This document shows, piece after piece, positions 29,402 through 35,651 of a stretch of DNA of 35,651 bases. Below the pieces are notes generated by a model. The model worked only from the letters and a program-made list of their open reading frames with translations, ran no database searches and had not been told where the DNA came from. The position numbers and the translations under genes were made by a program. Numbering within the stretch: the stretch's first letter is position 1; the number at the start of each line of letters is the position of its first letter. The stretch covers positions 1 to 35,651 of the forward strand of contig JAFWKB010000050.1 in NCBI GenBank assembly GCA_017511405.1, read 5' to 3'. This DNA comes from Candidatus Saccharimonadota bacterium. Lineage in GTDB: Bacteria > Patescibacteriota > Saccharimonadia > Saccharimonadales > Saccharimonadaceae.

Positions 29402-30628
29402 ATGAAAGAATCCGCAACATACAAATCACTCTCCTTTACCATTGATAAAACATTGAAAAGTGGTCTAGGAAGAATCGGATCAATCAAAACAGCTCACGAC
29501 GAAATTAAAACGCCCGCCTTCATGACCGTTGGAACAAAAGGCGAAGTTCGATTCGTCGATATGGATAGTCTTCATCAAATTGGAGCCGAAGCTATGCTTT
29601 CGAACGGCTATCACCTCAGAAAACTTGCGCCCGAAATCGCTAAACAAGGCGGACTTGCCAAGTACTCAGGTTGGAACGGTCCGACCTTAACCGATTCTGG
29701 CGGATTCCAAGTCATGTCGCTCGGTTCCGGACTCGGCAAAGTCGTCTCGATGGATAGAAAAATCAAACAAACCTCAGAAAAAAACCGTCTAGCCCACGTT
29801 TCCGACGAAGGAGTCGACTTCACCGACCCCTTCACGGGAGAGCAAGAATTCATCGGTCCCGAAGAATCAATGCAGATTCAAACCAACATCGGCGCCGACA
29901 TCCACATGGCTTTCGATGAGCTAACATCTCTCGCCGATAATTATGACTATAACGTTCAGGCCATGTTCCGCACAGAAATGTGGGCCGAACGCTCACTAAA
30001 AAAACACCAAGAAATCCGCGACTCACTCGGTTATCGTCAAAATCTCTATGGCGTTCTCCAGGGTGGACGCTGGGAAGACCTTCGTCGTCGCACTGCCAAA
30101 GTTCTCGGAACTATGGATTTTGACGGGTATGGTCTCGGCGGAGCTTTTTTAAAAGAACAACTCGGAGATATTTTGCGTTGGTGCAATGAAGAATTGCCTT
30201 TTGAAAAACCTAAGCATCTCCTCGGTCTCTCTCGACCCGACGACATCTTTATCGGTTTCGAAAACGGCGCCGACACCCTCGATTGTGTCGCCCCAACCCG
30301 CGAAGCCCGCCATGGCCGAATTTATACCCGTGACGGAGAAATCTACTTGAGAAAATTCAAAGATTGTCCCGAGCTCCTCGACGAAAATTGCGACTGTCCA
30401 ACCTGTCGTTCTGGTTGGACGAAAGGCCAACTACGCGCCCTCTGGAAATCACCAACTCTAGAAGAAAAAGCCCTCTACTATAAACTCTCCTCAATCCACA
30501 ATCTCCGTTTTACTATCCGCATCTTCGAAGAAATCCGCCAAAATGTCCTCAAAAATTCATACGAAGCCTACAAAACCGACTTTTTATCCCGATACTATAG
30601 TCAAAAAAAATCGTCTATGCTAAAATAG
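29402..30628 (+). CDS. tgt: tRNA-guanine(34) transglycosylase
   Basis: TPAFMTVGT, TDSGGFQVMSL, VLQGG, KPKHLLG, GADTLDCV.PTR..RHG, Zn site CDCPTC...HN. Confidence 0.95.
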   Translation: MKESATYKSLSFTIDKTLKSGLGRIGSIKTAHDEIKTPAFMTVGTKGEVRFVDMDSLHQIGAEAMLSNGYHLRKLAPEIAKQGGLAKYSGWNGPTLTDSGGFQVMSLGSGLGKVVSMDRKIKQTSEKNRLAHVSDEGVDFTDPFTGEQEFIGPEESMQIQTNIGADIHMAFDELTSLADNYDYNVQAMFRTEMWAERSLKKHQEIRDSLGYRQNLYGVLQGGRWEDLRRRTAKVLGTMDFDGYGLGGAFLKEQLGDILRWCNEELPFEKPKHLLGLSRPDDIFIGFENGADTLDCVAPTREARHGRIYTRDGEIYLRKFKDCPELLDENCDCPTCRSGWTKGQLRALWKSPTLEEKALYYKLSSIHNLRFTIRIFEEIRQNVLKNSYEAYKTDFLSRYYSQKKSSMLK

Positions 30629-30649
30629 AACCAATCAAAGGAGATTTTT

Positions 30650-31774
30650 ATGGCGCACCAAATAATCGAAGTAGAAACAAAAACCTTCATCCGTTTTTGG
30701 CTCGTAACACTCGGATTTATTCTTGCTGGTGTTTTTATCGTAAAAGCTGGTGTCGCCCTTATGATGACCGGAATTGCCGCCCTCCTCGCCATCGCGATTC
30801 GTCCTTTCGCTCTCAAAGTCGAAAAACTCTTCTCTAAAATCTGGAAAACCAAGTCCAAAATCCCGACTCTTCTCGCCTATCTCATTGTTCTCCTTATTAT
30901 CGCCGCCATAGTCGCCATCGTTGGTCCCGTAATCATCAAAGAAATCGTTCGATTCGTCTCTAATCTTCCCAATATGGTTGAAGGTTCGGAGCTCAATTTC
31001 CTAAGCGATATCGGAGCTGCCCTCGGTTTCAAAGACCTCTCTACGGAAATCTCCGCCGCCGTAGAAAATTTCTCTAAAAATTTCCTAAGCGCTTATGGTT
31101 CATCCGTTCTTTCCGGAATCGGCTCAATCAGCACAATTGTCACGGAAACCGTAGTCACCTTAATCATGTCTCTCTTCTTCCTTCTCGAAGGACCCGGACT
31201 CCTAAATGACATTTGGAACAAACTTGGCGCTCGCCGCTCAACCTCCGAAGCTAAAGATCGTGACGCTAAACTTATTACCGAAGCTCGCTATATAGTCTCT
31301 AAAATGGCTTGGGTTGTTTCTACCTTTGTCGATAAAAAGGTCCTCGTCGCCATTATCAACGGTTGTGCTTCCGCCATCTTTATCTTCGTCATTTCAACCG
31401 CTCTCCATTTAGAAAACAACCTCGCTCTCCCTATGGGCATGATTGCTATGGTCTGTTGTATTATTCCAATGTTCGGTCAATTCATCGGCGGCATCACTAT
31501 CACTCTTCTCCTTCTCCTCAACAACCCCCTCGCTGCCGTCTTCTGGGTTGTTTACTACTCCATCTATAGCGTCATCGAATCCAACGTCTTCGAACCCAAA
31601 ATCCAAGGCGACGCCCTCAATCTCCCTCCCCTTATCGTCCTCATCGCCATCACTATCGGCACCTACATGATGGGCTTTTTCGGCACCATCATAGCAATCC
31701 CGATTGCCGGCTGCGTCAAGGTTATTCTTGACGAGCTCCCCAAAATCCGAGAAATTCAAAATCTCCCCAAATAA
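30650..31774 (+). CDS. AI-2E (PerM/TqsA) family transporter
   Basis: Multiple TMs, FFLLEG, IPMFG, ESNVFEPKIQG..LNLPP, G..G.IIAIP. Confidence 0.88.
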   Translation: MAHQIIEVETKTFIRFWLVTLGFILAGVFIVKAGVALMMTGIAALLAIAIRPFALKVEKLFSKIWKTKSKIPTLLAYLIVLLIIAAIVAIVGPVIIKEIVRFVSNLPNMVEGSELNFLSDIGAALGFKDLSTEISAAVENFSKNFLSAYGSSVLSGIGSISTIVTETVVTLIMSLFFLLEGPGLLNDIWNKLGARRSTSEAKDRDAKLITEARYIVSKMAWVVSTFVDKKVLVAIINGCASAIFIFVISTALHLENNLALPMGMIAMVCCIIPMFGQFIGGITITLLLLLNNPLAAVFWVVYYSIYSVIESNVFEPKIQGDALNLPPLIVLIAITIGTYMMGFFGTIIAIPIAGCVKVILDELPKIREIQNLPK

Positions 31775-31898
31775 TCAATTCTACCTCCAAATTCCGTCCC
31801 CTTCTACCCCTGTTAAACTTGACTTTTTTAAGCAGAAGGTGTATAATAGAAAGATATATCGTTTTATAGTTCTTTCCCAAAAAGGAGGTAGCTTCAAA

Positions 31899-32378
31899 AT
31901 GAAACACGAAAGTTATGTCGTTTTATTTCCCGAACTCAAAGATGAGCTCGATTTAAACGAACTCGACAATCTCGAAGGAAGCTTTGACTCAACCTTAAAA
32001 CTCGATTACTCAATAATTGCAAAATGCAACCGAGATCTTAATCTTAATTTTTCTCAAGATTGGTTCGAGAGAATCAAAAAAGCCAAAGAACTTCGTAATT
32101 CCGCTTCGGATCTTCTCCATGTCATCCTCGAAACCGAGCATAGCAAAAAAATCGCCAAAAAGCACTATTTATCCCAATTCGCCCGCAACATCATTAGCGA
32201 CCAAAGAAACATCCTAGACGTTGCCAACAATCAGATAGAGAAGCTCCACGATGATTTAATCGACCATCTCCATGACCTTAGCAGCAAGTATCCAACCGAA
32301 GAGATAATCGGTTCGCTAATCAAAAATCCCGCCCCTCCTTTCAAATTCACCCCTCCCGAGGTGAAAGTTACTTTCTAA
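31899..32378 (+). CDS. Hypothetical protein in a self-contained expression unit
   Basis: TTGACT-N17-TATAAT (31819-31847), SD AAAGGAGG, start reset to MKHESY, terminator 32381-32401. Confidence 0.7.
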   Translation: MKHESYVVLFPELKDELDLNELDNLEGSFDSTLKLDYSIIAKCNRDLNLNFSQDWFERIKKAKELRNSASDLLHVILETEHSKKIAKKHYLSQFARNIISDQRNILDVANNQIEKLHDDLIDHLHDLSSKYPTEEIIGSLIKNPAPPFKFTPPEVKVTF

Positions 32379-32380
32379 TC

Positions 32381-32401
32381 TGCCCCTTCTGGGGCATTTT
32401 T
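32381..32401 (+). terminator. Rho-independent terminator between convergent genes
   Basis: TGCCCC-TTCT-GGGGCATTTTT. Confidence 0.8.
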
Positions 32402-32411
32402 AATTAAAAAT

Positions 32412-32750
32412 CTAAACTGATTGAATCTTCTCAAACCTAATTGCAACAGAATTCTCTTCATCAAAAGGCTTTCCCATCTTATCGAACGCCTCTTTTGCCT
32501 TCTTTTCATCAGTTTCCTCGAACGCTTCCGCCATAAACCGACAAGTCCCGAAATCGTTCATCGCAAACACCTCGATTTTCGGATTTGCGACAATCTGAGA
32601 AAAAACACGCTTAACTCTCGAAGTTCCGCAATAAATTTTCCCCTCAATTTCCGCCGCCTGGTCAAAAGGACGAACATGTGGTTGATCATCCTCGGCCGTT
32701 GCTAAATACCACACTCCCCCAAGCGCCTCCAAAATTTCACTATTTTCCAT
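32412..32750 (-). CDS. Pyridoxamine 5'-phosphate oxidase-like FMN-binding split-barrel protein
   Basis: WYLATAEDDQPHVRPF, K.VFSQI..NPKIEV; SD GGGAGG. Confidence 0.85.
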   Translation of the reverse strand: MENSEILEALGGVWYLATAEDDQPHVRPFDQAAEIEGKIYCGTSRVKRVFSQIVANPKIEVFAMNDFGTCRFMAEAFEETDEKKAKEAFDKMGKPFDEENSVAIRFEKIQSV

Positions 32751-32763
32751 AACACCTCCCTTA

Positions 32764-32818
32764 AAACCTTAAAAACTCTCATATTTTTAAGGTTTGTTTT
32801 AAACATTTCTGCTATCAT
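32764..32818. promoter_or_regulatory. Operator-like inverted repeat and extended -10 upstream of the response regulator
   Basis: AAACCTTAAAAA-N8-TTTTTAAGGTTT (perfect 12-bp IR); TGCTATCAT at 32810-32818. Confidence 0.55.
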
Positions 32819-32844
32819 TCTAACATAAACAAGGAAAAATATTT

Positions 32845-33504
32845 ATGAGAATTTTATACGTTGAAGATGAAAAACTATTAGCCGACGCCGTCACCCATCT
32901 CCTCAAAAAACAGGGAATCGCTGTCGACTGGACCGATGACGGCGAAGAAGCCCTCAAACTCGCTAAAAAACCAGTTTACGACGCTATTGTCCTTGATATC
33001 ATGCTCCCAAAAATGTCCGGCCTAGAAATCCTAGAAATTATTAGGAAGCAGAGTATCAACACTCCCGTTATCATGCTCTCCGCCCTTTCGGAAATCGAAG
33101 ATAAAGTAAAAGGTCTCGAACTCGGAGCCGATGATTATCTTGCAAAGCCGTTTAAGACTAGTGAACTAATCGCTCGTTTGAACGCCCTTTCTCGCCGCCC
33201 TCCAATTCGCGAAAGAAAAATCCTCAAATTCGCCGATATTGAATTTGACCCCGAAGACCGCACAGTCAACGGCGTAACTTTGACAGAAAAAGAGTCAGAA
33301 ATCCTTAAAATGCTTATCGAAGCCGGCGACAAAACTGTTCAAAAAGATTATATCCTTGGCCACGTCTGGGGCGCTGAGATGCTCGCCGAAGACAATTACG
33401 TCGAAGTATACATGTCTTATCTCCGCAAAAAACTTAAAAGCGTAAGTTCTAAAGTTAGCATCAAAACAATCCGCGGCCTCGGTTACAAACTTGTCAAAAA
33501 ATAG
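32845..33504 (+). CDS. OmpR/PhoB-family response regulator
   Basis: VEDE, LDIMLP, LSA, GADDYLAKPF, winged helix VEVYMSYLRKK...TIRGLGY. Confidence 0.95.
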   Translation: MRILYVEDEKLLADAVTHLLKKQGIAVDWTDDGEEALKLAKKPVYDAIVLDIMLPKMSGLEILEIIRKQSINTPVIMLSALSEIEDKVKGLELGADDYLAKPFKTSELIARLNALSRRPPIRERKILKFADIEFDPEDRTVNGVTLTEKESEILKMLIEAGDKTVQKDYILGHVWGAEMLAEDNYVEVYMSYLRKKLKSVSSKVSIKTIRGLGYKLVKK

Positions 33505-33516
33505 TATAATTAGCTT

Positions 33517-34473
33517 ATGTTCAAGAATCTCCGCAACAAATTTGTCTTAATTAACGTCCTTACAACCTCTGCAATCCTCATTATCTCCTATGCGACCGTC
33601 TTTCTCGTTGCTAAAAACTCCGCCGAATCCCGAATGCCAATCCCCGCCGAAGAAACCTTAGACACCTTCGACCAGTCTCAAACCTACGTTCGCCGCATGA
33701 TTGAGGAACGCATCCTCACCGATCGTAAACTCGCCCTTAAAAACCTTCTTTTCGTCCTCATCGTTACTGGCATTTCCGTAGAAATCATCGTCTTTATTTT
33801 CTCGCTTTATCTCGCCGAAGAAGCCATCAAGCCTGTCAAAGAAGCCTATGACACCCAAAAAGTTTTTATAGCCAACGCTTCTCACGAAATCAAAACCCCC
33901 ATCGCCGCAATCAAAGCGAACCTCGAAGCTGCCGACCTCTCCTCGACCAATCACTGGATAAAAAATATAGAAACCGAAGCCGACAAGATAGAAACTCTTA
34001 ACCTCGCCCTCCTCAAACTCGCCAAAACCGATGCAATCAAAGAAGCCCTCGTGTCCGAACCAACAGAACTCAAACCTCTCGTCGAGTCGACGCTCGTCTC
34101 TTTCGATTCTCGGCTCAAAAAGAAAAACATTACTCTCAAAGTTTCTTATAACCTCGACGATAAAAAAATCATAAAACTCAATTCCGCCGACTATAAAGAA
34201 ATTTTAGAAATTTTAACCGACAACGCAATCAAATATTGCAATCAAAAAATCTGGATTCAAGTCACTCCCAAAACCCTTTCCATCAAAAACGATGGGGCAA
34301 CCATCCCCAAAGAAAAGCTTGCTCACATCTTCGACCGCTTCTATCAAGTCGATAAAAGCAAAAGCGGCTCTGGCCTCGGCCTCGCCATTGCCGATTCTCT
34401 CGCCAAGCGCAATAACTGGAGTCTAAAAGCCGACTCAACAAATAAAACCACAACTTTTACCCTAGGAGTTTAA
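33517..34473 (+). CDS. Sensor histidine kinase (2 TM, HisKA + HATPase_c)
   Basis: FIANASHEIKTP, DNAIKY, IFDRFYQ, GSGLGLAI. Confidence 0.93.
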   Translation: MFKNLRNKFVLINVLTTSAILIISYATVFLVAKNSAESRMPIPAEETLDTFDQSQTYVRRMIEERILTDRKLALKNLLFVLIVTGISVEIIVFIFSLYLAEEAIKPVKEAYDTQKVFIANASHEIKTPIAAIKANLEAADLSSTNHWIKNIETEADKIETLNLALLKLAKTDAIKEALVSEPTELKPLVESTLVSFDSRLKKKNITLKVSYNLDDKKIIKLNSADYKEILEILTDNAIKYCNQKIWIQVTPKTLSIKNDGATIPKEKLAHIFDRFYQVDKSKSGSGLGLAIADSLAKRNNWSLKADSTNKTTTFTLGV

Positions 34474-34695
34474 ATGATGATTAAAGTCTATACCACCCCG
34501 ACCTGTGTTTATTGTCACGCACTTATGGAATGGCTCGATGAGCTCGGGCAAGAATACGAAGAAATAAATGCCGAAAACCTTCCCGACATCAAATCTGTTC
34601 CTCTAACAATTTTCGTTGACAAAGCAGGGAACGAAACCAAGGTTCAAGGCTTCAATCGCCCTAAAATCAAAAAACTACTCAAGACCTTATCTTAA
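34474..34695 (+). CDS. Glutaredoxin/NrdH-like redoxin
   Basis: VYTTPTCVYC (CxxC), SVP, GFN. Confidence 0.88.
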   Translation: MMIKVYTTPTCVYCHALMEWLDELGQEYEEINAENLPDIKSVPLTIFVDKAGNETKVQGFNRPKIKKLLKTLS

Positions 34696-34700
34696 TTTTT

Positions 34701-34762
34701 AATCACCGCCCCTTGTTTCACCTCAATAAACTTTCGGAACTTTCCTCCGCGCTCAAAATTCC
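34701..34762 (+). repeat. Cassette leader copy A (contains the 30-bp motif at 34731-34760)
   Basis: Aligns with 35252-35312: AATC.CC.CC.CT...TTT.ACCTCAATAA..TTTCGGAACTTTC..CCGCGCTCAAAATTCC. Confidence 0.85.
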
Positions 34763-34779
34763 TCTTTCCGGCAACTTTC

Positions 34780-35000
34780 CTTCCAGAGCTCTCCGCAGCC
34801 TTCCTCTTTCGGTTATGATGTCGGGCTATCTCAGCTGGGACAGTGATAATCTCGGCAATAGAGGTACGCACGGCTACTTCTGGTCATCTACCCCCTATGC
34901 GTATACGTATTCGCACAACTTGAACTTCGCCTCCACTAGCGTTAACCCCATGTATGGCAGCAGTAAGCCAAACGGCTTACCCCTCCGCTGCGTTGTCCGT
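34780..35000 (+). repeat. Cassette 1: orphan DGR variable-region-like repeat (FISUMP/CLec C-terminus)
   Basis: SRALRSLPLSVMMSGYLSWDSDNLGNRGTHGYFWSSTPYAYTYSHNLNFASTSVNPMYGSSKPNGLPLRCV; collinear with cassettes 2 and 3. Confidence 0.85.
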
Positions 35001-35020
35001 CTCAAAAAGCGCTTCGTTTT

Positions 35021-35241
35021 CTTCCAGAGCTCTCCGCAGCCTTCCTCTTTCGGTTATGATGTCGGGCATTCTCAGCTGGAGCAGTGGTAATCTCTACAGT
35101 AGAGGTGCGGTCGGCTACTTCTGGTCATCTACGCCCTTCTCCTACTCAGATTCACGGTACTTGAATTTCGGCTCAACTAACATTAGCCCTAAGAATGGCA
35201 GCAATAAGCCCTACGGCTTAACCCTCCGCTGCGTCGCCCGT
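35021..35241 (+). repeat. Cassette 2: orphan DGR variable-region-like repeat
   Basis: SRALRSLPLSVMMSGILSWSSGNLYSRGAVGYFWSSTPFSYSDSRYLNFGSTNISPKNGSNKPYGLTLRCV. Confidence 0.85.
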
Positions 35242-35251
35242 TTTCCTCCAA

Positions 35252-35312
35252 AATCTCCACCTCTATTTTACCTCAATAACTTTTCGGAACTTTCACCCGC
35301 GCTCAAAATTCC
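35252..35312 (+). repeat. Cassette leader copy B (contains the 30-bp motif at 35281-35310)
   Basis: Homologous to 34701-34762, 550 bp apart. Confidence 0.85.
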
Positions 35313-35331
35313 GTACTTCTTTGCATGATTC

Positions 35332-35552
35332 CTTCCAGAGCTCTCCGCAGCCTTCCTCTTTCGGCTATGTTGTCGGGCTATCGCGTCTGGGGTAGTGGTA
35401 GTCTCAGCAGTAGAGGTACGTACGGCTACTTCTGGTCATCTACCCCCTACACATACACAAATTCGCACGCCTTGGGCTTCAGCTCCACTAACGTCGGCCC
35501 TAAGAATAGCTACCATAAGCCCTACGACTTTACTCTCCGCTGCGTCGCCCCA
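35332..35552 (+). repeat. Cassette 3: orphan DGR variable-region-like repeat
   Basis: SRALRSLPLSAMLSGYRVWGSGSLSSRGTYGYFWSSTPYTYTNSHALGFSSTNVGPKNSYHKPYDFTLRCV. Confidence 0.85.
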
Positions 35553-35651
35553 CTATTCCAACTCCCCAAGCGCCTCAAAAGCCGCAAATTGCTTCGCCCG
35601 CTTCTCCCGCGCCATCTTCGGCCTTGCCGACGTCGGCCGCTTTGAATCAAG
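35553..35651 (-). CDS. 3' end of a short YolD-like protein (start outside window; not in ORF track)
   Basis: Minus-strand frame reads LDSKRPTSARPKMAREKRAKQFAAFEALGELE*, resembling the YolD-like N-terminal motif PxM...RAxQF.PF.AL.G. Confidence 0.6.
   Translation of the reverse strand, partial: LDSKRPTSARPKMAREKRAKQFAAFEALGELE

Noticed and set aside
34714-34729. parS-like TGTTTCACCTCAATAA
   Set aside because: Only one half-site matches, it is not palindromic, and the second leader copy loses the match.
34780-35552. CRISPR array (33-bp identical repeats)
   Set aside because: The intervening sequences are >200 bp, homologous to each other and coding-like; no cas genes.
34780-35552. One cassette being the DGR template repeat
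   Set aside because: Each copy has non-A bases at positions where another has A; none is uniformly AAY.
35626-35637. Palindrome GCCGACGTCGGC as the DGR post-IMH hairpin
   Set aside because: About 75 bp from the cassette end, inside the YolD-like coding frame, loopless, and absent after cassettes 1 and 2.
34713-35645. ORFs 34713..35090, 34954..35328 and 35325..35645 as three real genes
   Set aside because: No SD or promoter spacing. Their N- and C-terminal parts are off-frame readings of neighbouring cassettes, leaders or the antisense YolD-like gene; only the 73-codon core is protein-like and it is too short for a full lectin fold.
1-35651. Alternative genetic code (TGA=Gly), tRNA/rRNA genes, transposases or a reverse transcriptase
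   Set aside because: Genes are intact under code 11 and TGA ends the helicase and dus; no such elements were recognisable by eye.

Overview
35.6-kb chromosomal segment, most likely from a Candidatus Saccharibacteria (TM7/CPR) genome. This is inferred from gene content and order (tdk-tmk-FAD oxidoreductase-tig, gap-rpiB-rpe-pfkB-LOG, rplJ-rplL followed by a CPR-type hypothetical, dnaX-dnaB, ybaB-recR); standard genetic code. It holds about 38 mostly housekeeping CDSs, 32 of them on the + strand, with no rRNA, tRNA, CRISPR or transposase recognised. The main signal is at the right end (34701-35552): three tandem, indel-free 219-bp cassettes encoding the C-terminal variable region of a FISUMP/C-type-lectin-like domain (G.G.FWSST...LRCV). 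They differ from each other in the adenine-directed pattern typical of diversity-generating retroelements (DGRs). They have no N-terminal gene body and no own stop codon, and there is no reverse transcriptase or template repeat in the window, so they look like an archive or donor array of orphan DGR variable regions. Two cassettes are preceded by a ~30-bp non-palindromic motif (TCGGA-N8-CCGCGCTCAAAA), which also occurs in three unrelated housekeeping genes in different reading frames, with the core alone in a fourth. Other observations: eight genes with TATAAT exactly 6 nt before the start codon (probably leaderless mRNAs), an L10 leader, reused terminator-promoter modules, an SSB-like IPF tail on DnaX, and most genes lying on the C-rich strand.
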